This document shows positions 13,132 to 27,300 of a stretch of 64,000 nucleotides of DNA, piece after piece. The position numbers and the translations under genes are program-made. The notes below the pieces were generated by a model. The model saw nothing but the letters and a program-made list of their open reading frames with translations, was not told where the DNA came from and searched no databases. Position 1 is the stretch's first letter. Every line of letters begins with the position of its first letter. Source of the DNA: Bugula neritina (taxonomy: Eukaryota > Animalia > Bryozoa); contig OZ037765.1 in assembly GCA_964035545.1 (NCBI GenBank), forward strand, positions 26,659,504-26,723,503, given 5' to 3'.

Positions 13132-14053
13132 GTCTAGAAGTCAGTGTTGCCAGACTTGAGTTGTGTCTACAACACACGGAGACATCAATGTCAGAATAAG
13201 TAATGGGGAAATTGAAAAAGCCCCTATTCTAGATGAAACATGTACTAAAAGAAGTTTCGCATTTGTATGGTGAAGAGCTTTAACCCTTGCCAAAGGAATT
13301 AAACAAACCGGGCTGTTAAAATTTCTCCATCACTCTAGCTAAATAAGCAAGCCTTTACTAAATATTATACTAATTACCAAATAGTACAAAATAATTTATA
13401 GTTAAACTTTCATCAAATAATATTTGTAGATTATAAAAGGTGAAAGCTGTAAGCTAGAAGCAAATGCAACTGGTAGTATAACATAGCATAAACATATTTT
13501 ATATCATAGTAGTGGGAACTTACTTTTTAGATTTTTACATTCTCAAAATGTTAAAAAATCATTGAATGACTGGTTATTTGCATACTGGATTAGCCAACAA
13601 TTAAAATCTGAAACAATTGGAAATTATATCACTTCACGCACATACTGAAGTGTGGAATGTAACATCAACTCAATTAAATACATTATAGATTCATTTCGTT
13701 CTTTTTAGCAGCATATTATTTTCGGTGTTTGCCTTTTTTACTCGAATAGAAAGCCATAGACATAGCAGAATGCTTTGCTATGATGGCAAATATTTTTACT
13801 GTTACTTGACAAAGAATATCTCTTCACAAGATGTTGCAAAATAAAATTCAAATTAGCATTAAATTTATAGTTGTTATAAAAAAACCATTATACTTTTATG
13901 GATCTTTTTATAAAATATATCAGCTAAATTTTTTTTTAATGAAAAAATTTATTGTCCTAAATAAAATAATTTTAAACATAAGTAACATATTATTATTAAT
14001 TTATTGCATATTGTGAATTCTTTTATTTGTAAATCTTTTGATGAGTTACTTTT

Positions 14054-17000
14054 TTAGAGAGGAGCTCCAGCTTTCTTCAGCACTACTGTTTCTAAAATTA
14101 AATAGAAAGAATCGAATAAAGGACAGAAGAGCACAGCAAAACCTAACCACAAAGAGGTTGCAACTTTTTTTATCAAATTATCACCCATACTAAATAAATC
14201 AATGAAAAAGATTATCATAAAATGCTAAAACTGCATTATTGTAAAGTGTATGTATAAGAACGTTGTAGTTTCTTGTATACTCAATAACTGGGTGTAAAAT
14301 AATAATCGATTGAGTAAATTCAACATGTAGAAATGTAATCCACATAATTGCACAATGTTTAGTAGAAACTATATTTGCCACAGTTTAAGAAAACCAAACT
14401 GAACTGATTTGTTAAGTTCACCAGAAGAAAAACAAAAAGAAAACAAAAAAGTTGACTTACTAATTTTTTTAGGGCCTCCTTTTTGTACAAATGTAGCATT
14501 TATGTCTTTTCCAGCAACGACTATAACAAACGTCAAGATGCTCATAAAGTTGATGCCCATGAAGGCGGTGAACCAGTCCCAGTTCTTAGCTATGTAGTTG
14601 ATTGGAAATCCGGCCACGACAGCCCCAACTACAAAAAGAAACGCAGAAAATAAATCCATGTGTGGCACCTAAAACCTGTTTACTAAACGCAGTGAAGATT
14701 TATCTTAGATCGTTCAAAGCATCACAACACTAAAATGTAGCAACCAAAATGCAAATTAGTGATACACAAGCTAAAATACATAACTCTTTTAATAGCTTCT
14801 TACTATGACATAATATCTAACAACCAATAGGTATGTTTAATTATGAAAATCTATTGAGAATTCTGAAAGGTCAAACATAAGAACAAAATAGACGTGTAAA
14901 CCTATTTGTATGATACAGGCATATCTCAATCTAACCAAAACACATCTAAGCATAAAATATTGCATAGAACATAATAGAACTAAATAAAACAAAATATGTA
15001 AATGTTTAGTAAGTCATCCAAATCTGAAGCTCACCGCAGGCAGCCATTCCAATAGCCCCATGGGCTGAGCCGGTCATGTGTATGGGTGCCACTTCCACAG
15101 CTATGGTGACGAGGAGACTGATAGCGCCATACATACAGTAACCCATCATGAATCCCAGCATCGTCATATAAAACTACAAACAGACCACACAGATGGATAC
15201 TTTCTACAATGTAAGATGTGCTAATCAACAGCAAAAACTGATTGATAACATACAATGAAATCATGAATTGAATAGATGTTATATAACTTATGGCTCTGAT
15301 TAAAGAATTATAAATAATAGCAATTATTCGGTAAGTGCTGTCCACGTTTATCATACCTTACTGGTGTCCGGGTCGATGGTGAAGAGAAAGAGATTGAGAA
15401 AGAGGCAGCATGCTGCCACACAGAACTGAACAGCAGCTAATCTCGGAGACTTGCCAGTTCCGGCGTAGAAACCTCGTTTGATCATGAAGTCGGTGAGAGC
15501 GCCGAGAGTTATGCAGCCTACGAGGCCGCCTACCTCCATGGCGTAGAGGTAGCTTGAGGCAGACTGGGCAGTGAGACCTCGCTCTTGCAGAAGATAAATC
15601 TGTCCCCAGTCTTGGCAACTCGTCTTCACCACAAAAAGTAGGCAGTAGGTTGAAACCAAAAACATCATAAATTCACTCCCAGCCAGATCTGACCAATGTC
15701 CATTTGTTTTACCTGCAAATGTTTCATCTCTACTAATTCATGGTCACCTTTACTATTAGTTACATTTACTTATATAATAGAATGAGACAGGAATCAAGTT
15801 TTTCACCCTATTCTGAATGCATGCAAACTTTTAAATGTACAAAATCAGAAAAGCCTCAAGATAATCCTTCACCATTTAAACAGTAGTATATAATAAGTTT
15901 GCTGATTTACCAAACATGGTAAGCTGGTCTTCATAGCCAACATCAGACGGTGCGTTCCAAGTGCTAGACGGAACAATAAGAGCAGCAATCATGGAGAGGG
16001 CTGCGGGCAACTGCATACCCATCCGCCATCCGTACGAGCTGCCTAGACCCTGGGCTACGATTGGTCCAATTCCACTCACCACATTAGAGGCGGTTGACAA
16101 GAAAGCAAACCACATTCCAAACTGTGTTGGTGGAAACCTTTGATACAAAGTAGAACATGCGTGGTCTATACAGGTGCATCAAAATGTTGGTGTTTACAGA
16201 GTAACAAATTTTGTTGTTTTGTTTAAGAAAAAACATGGATTCAACATGACAGTCATATAATTATTAGTAAGACCATAAATTGTTCAATTTCTAATGCACA
16301 AATTATATAGGCTTAGTAAGTGAGCATTGGAAGATGGTATATACATTAATGAAGCATATCTTTAGTTATGAACACCAGTGTAGCAATATAATTGAGCATA
16401 TGCGCAGATACATGATGAAGTTTGGTTAGATTATCAAGATAATGTGTTTATTTAAATGTTTGAAAATCGAAACATCTGCCCCACTTTACACCGGAATAAA
16501 GAAAAGTAAAAATACAAACAAAGCAACCATTTTTATGGACATTTGGAAATAATTTTAAAATAAATAATTTCAAGTTTTAACTAACCATGCTCTAATCATT
16601 TTAGTAACAGCTGGCCATCCCATGCCTTGAGCCAAGCCATTGGCAGCTACCAGTATCATTATATTGGACCAATCCTCTTGATCTACCATGTAAGATATAA
16701 CATGTGTGTATAACTGCTATTACATGCACTATACTATATACTATAACCTCACAGCACATCAGTTTTTAAGGCAATATAATATTTGGTGAATTAAAAATAA
16801 ACTTGTTGGCAAGATAAATAAAATATTTGATATGGATATTGATATGATATTCACGACAACTCGTAAAGTTGCAAACTGCTGCCGTAGCAGCAGCTCAAAT
16901 GTAACACATCTCTAATATATACTGTATAATAATACAATATATATAGATGTATTATAATATTTTGTAAGAGTTACAATAAAAAAATCCTAGTTGATTGTCT

Positions 17001-18647
17001 AGAAATAGCTTGGAGAAGTTGGTTAGGACATCACATCATTTACCTGAGAAAGCAAGCATGACAAAACCCGAGAAGAAAAGTCCCCCGGCCAGCAATGCCT
17101 TTGGTGAATAATGATCTGAGGCCCAGCTGAAGAAGAACTTGCTGATGGAGTAAGTGAAGGTTTGGGCCGATAGAATCAATCCTAAAGCAATAATATATAA
17201 TCACTTGAACAACTTCATAATATTGAAAAATAAAATATAAATCTTTTTCTCATAATAAACCTTATACTAATACTAAAATGTTAACTTTTTTGAAACCTAT
17301 ATATTTGATCACTTTGAATGATAATTACCAAACAAAATATTATTTGATTTACTTTTCCCATCCATTTATTGATCAGTCTAAGTGTGTTGATTCATGTAGA
17401 AAACAGTATCATAACAGCTGATCAATAAAAACTCATCAGTGCTACATTTGAAGTGTGTTTATTTATAGAAGTCGATGTGCCAATGACCTCTACTTGAAAT
17501 AAATGCTCCACTTTATAAATAAAAGTATTAGCAGAATATTATACTTTCTGCCAAAGACAATTATATATAATGCTAAACTTCTATTAGTATAAAAGGAAAG
17601 TAAAACTAGCAGTAAAGTTACCAATTTCATAGCTGCTGAAATATTCTTCCATTATGACAAACGGCAGGGAAAACGTGAAGGATTTCCGGTTGTAGAGGAG
17701 TACAGCGTAGGCCAAATAGCAAGAGACAAACAGGAAGAGCTGGTAGGAGGAGAAGGACATCTGATAGGTTTCTTCTGCAAAATAAAATCAAAAGCTCTTC
17801 ACTGAAGCTTTAGCTGACAGCCATTACACACCCAATGGTGCATGTAACCTTCAAAATGAAAAACATGAGCCATTGCATATGTTTCTAGTTTCAAATTTAC
17901 ATAAATGTTGAAATTTCAATCAATGCAAAAATTTGAAGTAAAGATGAAAATCAGACAACTAAACATAAAAACAAGCTTGTTATGATTAAACATTAAATTA
18001 CATTTTCAACACTTAGTAAAATATAATTAGTATTTAAATTGATCCAAATTGAATTTTAGTATACAACCCGAACTTTATAAATATTATATTGAGAGGCAAA
18101 GATTAAAGAATAGTTGAGCAATGATTGCAGAACAGTAGTCTTTAACGAACTTTTATACAAAGAAAATATTAGACTGATGTGTTGCCTAAGCACTAGCATT
18201 AACTAATTTGTCTTCCAATCAACTCTATAACTATCTAGAAACAAGTCCATGTCACACAGGTGCAGCATACATAATATATATCCTCTAGCAACACACAAAA
18301 TTCAATAGCAGATTCCATGAAGTTAGCCAAGATTTAAATTATTAACAGTATGTCATCACTGCTAAGACCTTAGGGTATACCACCTTTTTATATGCTGATT
18401 TACAGCAAGTATTGTATTAATATGAAAAAACTTTGTGGCTGCAAAATGACTGTTCTATAAAACATACTAGGCTGTTGGTTGGCTACCAGAAAAAAATATA
18501 AATAATATTTAAACAGTCCAGTTTATAACAGTACACTATTGTACCTTCTTCATCTTTCTTTATTACAGCCTGATTGTCACTCTGCTCTACTGTATCTTCA
18601 CCTTCAAGGTCACCAGCCTCAGAAACATCAATCTCTTCTTCAGACAT
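14054..18647 (-). CDS. SLC37A4: SLC37A4 (G6PT)-like transporter, paralogue C (closest to canonical G6PT)
   Basis: Exons 18647-18545, 17774-17622, 17181-17044, 16682-16586, 16137-15911, 15712-15357, 15173-15035, 14628-14461, plus a probable last exon 14091-14054 (alternative: read-through to the stop at 14369). Motifs LYNRKSF, YSISKFF, NGLAQGMGWP, VKTSCQDWGQIYLLQERG, GSAHG. Confidence 0.9.
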
Positions 18648-20239
18648 CTTGGTTTTTTTGGTTTAGTATGTTTCTATTTTTAGCTATCTTTTATTGCGCA
18701 GCAATATTTTCTAAATGATATTGGCATACAGATTCATAAAAATGTAGAAAACGTTTAATGATTATAACAGCCAAATACAAACCAACACCCAGTTGAATAG
18801 TTATACATGCCTTTCTATTTGCAATTATATTACTAAGTATGCATGTTATGTTGACCACAAAAATGGTGCTGAATGGCATATCTATGCTATAAATAAGACA
18901 GTATTATGTTACCTACTTCACTCCCTCTCTATTCCAGACCCAGCAGCTGCAGCCCTTTTTTTTAGTGAATGATGTCATCAGCAACATTCCAGGCAATTGT
19001 GCCGTAACAATAAAATTGCAAAAATTTTTTAAAAATTTATAATGTGAAATTTTTTAGTTTATACATCAAGCTGCATTTTTATCAAAAATATAAAAAAAAT
19101 CAATGAGATTTTGACATGAATAAGTAGTTTTCAGTTAACTTTGGCATCTTTAAGTTGAATGCTGTTAGGCATTGGTAAAAAATTATGTTAAGCTAAATGA
19201 TCCAAGTACTTAAAAGCTAAATATTAATGAAAAGCTTGAATTCAACAAAAATAATTTATGGGGTGCAAAAATTGAAAATCTTGTGAAGTAAAATAACTAC
19301 AGTAATAGTCATAAACATGCATGATAGTTTTTCTCAGTGAAGTTGATAAAACATGCAAAATGAATTAAAAACTTGAAACATACTTGAGTTGTTGGTGCCA
19401 CTATAAAAACTCGATCAACGTACTGGGAACCTGATAATCTTATGTTTTAAAGTGGATAAACAAGCACTTTCAGTCAGTGATTTACTTCTTTCTATTAGAT
19501 GCTTAATAAATTTACTGTCCGTAGGTTCTCCATTACTTTGATATTAAGGCAAAAAATGTGGCAAAAAGGTTTCGACTTCATCTGTAAAACTGTTCAACAC
19601 TATCCTACTAAATCAATTGTGTGCATCTATAACAGAAAAAATCAATATAACGTGCAAGTATAATAATATGTAGGAAGTTTATTTGGGCAGACATGCAATA
19701 ACTTGCTGCTGTCAATTAAAGCCACAAATTTTCAGCCATTTCCATTATAGATATATTTATGTTTATAGATGCCATTGCCAAAGGCTTTTAAAATCTCATT
19801 TTTTCCGAAAGGTAGTGTTAAGCTGATAAACTTGCTATTTGTAACTCGTAACAGGTTGAGTACCTTATCGTGCTAAAAATTTAGCAAAAAGTTTGAGAAT
19901 TTTAATAAACAATAACTTTTTTTTCAAAATAGCTGACCAAACAGACACCTTTATTGTTTTTAAATATTATAAAAAAAATTATCAAAATCTCACAATAATA
20001 TGTATGGATTTACTACTTGGCCATCCTGTTTAACAACATTCAAAAATATCTACAGTAGATCATGCTTTTAAATAATAACTCGTAATGATTACAAAAAAAA
20101 AAAACATTTATAACTTTAACTATTACATACAAAAGTTAATTGAAATTCATTTAAACATTGATATCTATTAAACAGAAAGCTGAGCAATTGACAGTTCAGA
20201 AGTATAGTGACCAGGACAAAACTTGTCAATACATGTTTT

Positions 20240-23200
20240 TTACTCATGACTAGACTTTTTATTGTATACCCACACACTTTCCACCACTAATGAGAATCTT
20301 TTATCAACTCTTTTGTGTGTAACTCTTTCACAAGATAAAAGTTTACCATCGTGTTTAACATTGATATGCTGCCTGATACGTCTAAGCAGCTCATCGCTGT
20401 ACCCACACAGCGTACATTTGAATTGTACATTAGGATCTGCTGGTGGATCGTACTCGCAAGGAGCTAGTGTTGGTGGTTTGTCCTTGGCAGCATGCATTTC
20501 CTTCTTATGCTCCTTCAAGTCAGACATCTCTATAGAAATAAAGTCGCACTTATCACACCTGCACACATCAGTGATAGTCTCATTAGACCATGGGACTTTA
20601 GCACCCGGTTTATCGCCTGAGGAATCTTCATTGACAGGCAACTTTGACTTTTTTCTCTTCGGCTCTCCTACAACCATCTCATCACCTTTTCTCTTTTTTG
20701 GTTCAGATGGCAGAACTGTCTTTGCTGATGGTGGCATGTCATAAAATATTATACCCTTCTCTAAGGGCACCATTTCCTTTCTAGTTTTCTTATTGGGTAT
20801 CTTAGATTTCTTATTTTTGAGCTCAGAAGTTTTGTGTTTTGTTCTGGAAGAATCTTTGCCGTGAGCAGCTTTAGCCAATGGTGCCTCTGGATGATCTAGA
20901 GTTAATTTGAGTTAAAAATAAAGTATGTCAACATTTTATCACACCTATATAAACAATTGATATTTGTGGTGTAGGATTTAAAGTTAGTGGAAGGAATATG
21001 TCACTAAGATAACTGGCTAGGGTGTAGTAAGTATGCACTGCAAGACTAAATGATAAGAGAGCATAGATAAGGCTTTGCTATGCTAACTGATACAGTGTAC
21101 CATGTTTTATAATGTCTGTTTTACTAACATGTTTATTCAGTGCAAGGCAGCTTTCAAATAGAGGTGGAGAAATTTTAGTTAAAATTGATGATTTATTGTT
21201 ATAATACTTACACAAGTTTATAGTCACTATCCCTGTGAGAAACCCCTGATAAAAAGGGTTTTTGTTAAAGCGGGCTAAGGACCTATTTAAATAAGGCACA
21301 GGAGCAATTAGGGCTGGATGCTCTTCCTAACATCACCAATGGCCTGTGTTAGGGCTCGAACCCATGACCTTCGTGTTTACTAGGCAAACACTCTAACCCC
21401 TAGACCACGGCTGCTCCCTGATTTATCGTTATAATGGTTTGCATAATTTACTAATGTTTACGATCTTTTTTGGATTGCCCTTCACTTATAAACCTTATAT
21501 TGAATTTAAAACAACGCGTAACTCTAGCCATCATAGTGTAGGTGATAAAAACCTAAATTCAAAGTGAGTGAGTAGCTAATTCAATACTTTATTCATTTCA
21601 AGAAAATTAATAAAATATTAGGGTAATATATCTGCTACCTTGTTACATTGAACACATGAGAATTGTATTCCTATTAGAGTCAATTGCAATGAAACATAAC
21701 AAAGTCAAACTGCAAAATATATTCTTTATTCACCTTATAATTTTCACTTTCACTAGCCACTTTTTATTATCTATGGAAATGCTATTATATTCGTGATGCC
21801 AAGTTACAATAGCAGTTAGATTGTACAAAATTACTTGAAAAATGTATTTACCTCTAAAGAGAAACCCTCCGAATAAACAACTCTTAGTAGTCCATGCAGA
21901 ATAAAACTTCAAGCTGTATTAGTTTTCATTGACTTGAGCTGAGACTTAAATTATTTTCGAAACCCGGCACTGATATACAACAAACTGAACTACTCACAGA
22001 AGTCTAAAGTGACTAACTAAAACACTATTGCAACAGCTGATAAGTCCTTATTTGTCTTATTGGAGCAGACTGGAGACATGAGTCATGGTAATTCCGGGGA
22101 TTTTTAGGCATTAAAAGCACTAGTGAAAACTAAATGAAAATGCCATCAACCCAACCATTTGATATAATATTATTGATGCTACTCACCCCTGTTCAACAGT
22201 TTGCACACCCTGAAGTCATACTGAGTTAGCTTTACATAGCAGTAAGGTATAGTTTCACTGACCACCATATTAAGGTTGAATGTGACTCAATGCCAAAGTA
22301 GTACACTATAGTATGAAGAAGCCTACCGCTACTTCCTCAATACTTATCTAACTTACTTGCAGCCTGCAAGTCGATAGTCCAATAAAACGAAACTGCTTCA
22401 GTACGCAGCCCTGCACTGCACCTACTCGTTGAAGCAGTGCTACACTATGCATTATTAACAGGTTAACACAAAAGACCCACTGCAACCACCAGTTGCCATA
22501 CAACATTTAGCAAATCAATTGCAAGAACAATATTATAGGCTTCCACGGAAGCGCACGCAGGGCTGGAAATACTTTGTATATGGCCAACACGACAACAGTG
22601 GCATGTTATGCACTTATAAAAAACTCAGGTGGGTTTATAACCTCCATCAATGTGAAAACTCCCAATGAAAAGTTTTTTCTAATAAGGTTAAATACTTCTT
22701 TTATGATATTATAGCAAAAGAGCAATTATGACTCTAGAAGTCCTTCCTAACATCACCAATGGCCTTTACTGGAGGATCGAACACTGGCCTCATGTTTATC
22801 AAAATATCAATCTAGCTAGACCACTGCTGAATAGTATGCATTTATATCATGCATTAATAGTGTCATTGTTAGCTATAAAATGTTTTTGAATATTGTGATA
22901 AATGTAGTTAGTGTGGAAAACACAAAGGATATCGCAGTACTTTTTAGTTATTCTAGCAAAGTATAAATGCTCTAGGACTGAGCTACTAACTGGCACGGTT
23001 GTTCTAAAATCTAAATGATACACCTGGCCCACACATACACTAGACTCGAAAGCAATTGCATTATCATAGTATATGATTGACTATGGAAGACCAGACCAAC
23101 TATAAATTAAAAACTACAACCTCAAATAACATAATTCTATAATAACTCATTGCATAATATGCCCTTTTAAAGTTCAAGTTTAAGCTTTTCTATTTTCATG

Positions 23201-24236
23201 CAAGTCTTTCAATTCAAGGCCTAAGTTAGTAAATTGAAACTTCCTCAAAATAATGTTGATGAAAGTTTAATCATGCCCTTCATTGTAACATGTTGAAGGT
23301 CAAAGTGTGAAGCAACCAGGAACCACAACAATATAAACATTTCTTGAAGATGACGGCAGTAACTAGCACTAGTTGTTAAATAGTGTGAGTTACTATCTAG
23401 TGTGTGTTACTAACTAGTGTGAGCAACTAACTAGTGTGAGTTACTAACTAGTATAAGTTACTGGGGCACCTGAGTTACTAACTAGTATGAGTTACTAACT
23501 AGTGTGAGTTACTGTTGAAGTAAAGGAACGTTGAAGATGTAAAATAATTTTGTAATCTTTTCGAAGGTAATTTGAAACAAAAGAATTTCTTTAGATTTAT
23601 CTCATATCTACCAGACAACCAACTAATAAATAAAATTTAGTCAGCCAGTCTTTATAACATCATAGAAGGGCTTTCATTATATGGTTGCTGTTAAAATTCA
23701 TTCAGTATAAGAAATACATGAGAATGGTAGCCTGATTTAACTTTCTACTGCAAATGTTTTTAACTGCAGCAGAGAAGTAAAATAAACAACACTTTCCTAG
23801 ATTAAACATTTTACATTTGTTTCACTGTAGTCCCTGCGCTAGTTTTCTGTGTATTGTACGAAACATAGCCTACTGAAAAACTAACAATTGAAAATAATCA
23901 AAATAAATTAAAACTTGAATAGCTACAATATAAGAACAAAAAGATAATTGTGAATTATTTCGGATGTAATTTTACAGCAACATAAATATTTTCAACTTGT
24001 CAATATCTCAGTTCAAATAAATGGCAATCACAACCATTGCGGTTTCATATAAAATGAGTTTAGTTTAATGTAAATACATGTCAATAATCATGTATTACTG
24101 AGGCTAAATTTTAAATAACAAAACTTAAACAATAACAGGCTGGCAATCAACCAACACAAGCATCTGTGATAACTCAAAATAATGCAAGGAGGTGCCAGCA
24201 TTGAGCAAACTTGACACTAAAACAGACTATACAAGC

Positions 24237-24329
<93 letters not shown>

Positions 24330-27300
24330 TTTTTTAAAATAGTAGCGGCCTGCTATATACATTAACATGCCAATGTTGCACAAAATATGACGTTAGTTCA
24401 TCTATTGTAAATTCAGTGATACTTGACACAGCACATCCAATATATCTCACCTTTCTTCCGCTTCTTCTCCTTACTGCTTTTTTTCTTCTTTTTTGACTTT
24501 GCTGAATTACCTGGAAAATAACTAGTCAGTAAGTACAACAGTGCCAAAACAAGCAATACACACTGTAACTGCTTTTCACCACCCACCCATTTCCTACAAA
24601 ACCTATTTCAAAGGCAAGCATTACTTTATATTAAGATATATAGAAGTAAATGTGGTTTTGAAGTTCAAGAAACCTGTTATATCTATTAGCATAGCAAAAC
24701 GTGAGCAGAATTTGACTTTTGAGTAATACATTGCATCGCAACTGTGTAATCCTAAAAAAATATTCAATACCATCAAAGAGACTTAATCTACATCATTCCT
24801 AGTAGCATTTTCTATTTTAATGCATAAAGCAGGTAAATGCTACAAGTTTTTTAACCTCAACTTCAACAAATGGTGGATAAAATGTTTTTCAATTGCAGTT
24901 ATGGTGAACTAATGATCTTTGGCTACATCCTTTATTTACATGCAGGCTAAAGCCTCTAGCATGTTTAAAATATTCTTAAGAGGGGTTAGCTCAACCACAG
25001 CAGATTCAACTTAAAGAGCATTTAGGAGCAGTAGAGGAGAAATTGAGATAGCCTAAGTTCTTTAAATTACTTTATAAATTTTGGTTTGGGGCTCGGGTTG
25101 AAATTCTTGCGAGTACATAACTTCTTTTGCTACATTTCTAATCTAGAACACAGGCTTTTCTCAATTTCTCCATTACTGCACCCGCCTCTTGGAAGAGATA
25201 TGCAGATACCTACACATTTAGAATAGCAGATAAAAGCTGGAACAAACGACAAGTGGGCAGATAACTACTATAACTCACCTGAGTGACACCTGGATGACTT
25301 TTCACTAGATGAGCCTTCAGTTTCGACAAGGGACACATTCTGAACATTCTTTTTGGCCATCCCACCTTCAAATATACATTACATTTCTAGTTTACAACAG
25401 AACTGCCAAGATATCACAACTCCTAACACAACCACATCTTATTATATGACTGGCATGCAAATTACAGCTTCTAGCATGTTTAAGAAGTTATCATCTCACT
25501 GTTTACTTGCTGCAATACAAATCTTACATTTGCCAACACAAATCAATTTCATATTATGCACACATTTTGGTTGGCATCAGTAGAGAGGCAATAGATTGGT
25601 GCTTCTAGTAAATGTTTGCAGCAGCTGCCAGCAAATTGATGTTTCAGTGAAAATTCCAACCTATGAAACTAGTTTCTACGACTAAACTAATGATAAATTG
25701 CAATGTTAAAGATTTCTAAGCTGTCTACCATGAAAATTCATAGATGTATCATCAATTTTGTAACAAGACTTTAGCTACTAGCTAGGTAAAATAGAAGTAG
25801 TCCAGTGCTAGTAGAAATGCAGTATTACTGTTGCCAAAGTAGAATAAACACGTAATACACAGACGAATCTAGCAACCCGTCATATTCTTACCATTTTGAT
25901 ATAAGAGCTGAAGCCGACTTTTCAGTGAGCTGAACTGTGAGGGTGGTTGTGAATGTTTAGTATCTGCTACAAGCATGCAAGTATAGATACAATGCTAACG
26001 TATATCAAACAATTTATCAATTGAAACCATGAGCAAAAGGAATATTATGTTACACAAATTAAATTTAAATACCTTCATTCAGGTTTTCAACTTTTTCCAC
26101 ACAATCTTCTGCTTCAGTTGAGCAAACTAAAAGATAAATTAATTGAAGCAGATTTAAATAAAGTGTGCATATCCCTGGAATAGAAGAGCTAACAAAATAA
26201 TAAAATTAACGGCAAGTAAACAATACAGCTGTACATAAAGGATATGATTGGAGCCTCATGCTACTTACTACCTGTGCTTTCCTCATTGACAGGTCCAAGT
26301 GTTTGTGGTATGTAAGTCGAACACAAGTCAGATTTTATTCGTATGGTTCTGGCAAGAAGTCTCATTTTCTGGAAAGTGATTGGAAGAGCCGTTTCCAGGG
26401 GCGTTAGTAGAGATAGCACTTGAGTGTGGTGGACAGTTTGACAGCATTCAGATTCAGAAACTTGACCACACTCTATAGAGACTAGACTTAACTTGGGAGA
26501 TTCAGTAGAAAGACTAATCTGTGAATCACTACTAGCTTTTTCTCGGTGAACCAACAATAGGCTTTCTGCATTTTGTTTTTTAAATGATGGTTGTTGGACT
26601 AAGGAATCTGATTCTTTTATCTTGTGGTCAAAATCTAATTCTGTAGAGCTAAGCTGGCAGTCTGTCATTGTGTTGGTGTGTGTTGAATAGGTAGTACACT
26701 GCGACACCAATGCTGAGTGAGTGGACGTGGAATGTATACTGAGACCAGGGACAGACAACTCTGTATTATGTGACTGCCCGCTAAATTTTCCGTAGGCCAA
26801 CAGATGATCTGTGGTTACATTGCTGCATTGAGGATCATATAATGGACGAGAAGTAAAAGTGGGAACATTACTACAGAGTAATGAAGTATGCGAAGACATA
26901 GTGTTGTGTAAATCACCCACAGAACATTGTGTGAACTGAAATTGGTTATTGCAACCTTGAACATTAGCCAGTTGCACTGCTTTGATGGTTTTGGTCGAGA
27001 AAAAGTTAATAACTTCTGTGACATTGGTAACTTCAAAAAAAGGACATTCAACTAGCTTAGCTGTAGTAGTGCGTGTTAGAACATCCAGGTTTTTAGCTTC
27101 AGTCAATTGAGGTAAAGAACTAGAGTCTGTGTGACAGTATGACAAGGGAGGACCAGAAGTGGAGTAGTCGCAGTCAATAGGATCATCTGGAGGTGCTACG
27201 ACTAGAGGTTTGTGCTCTGAAACAGAAGGTAGGAATTCTATAGAAGACAGCACCAGAGCTTCTACCTCCTTGATGTCACACCATTTCAACAGTTGAGAAC

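Noticed and set aside
21990-22445. Exon-like segments with GT/AG ends in the last intron of the zinc-finger gene
   Set aside because: The longest has stops in all frames, and exon 24510-24451 already joins 20895 in phase. They cannot be supported without RNA data.
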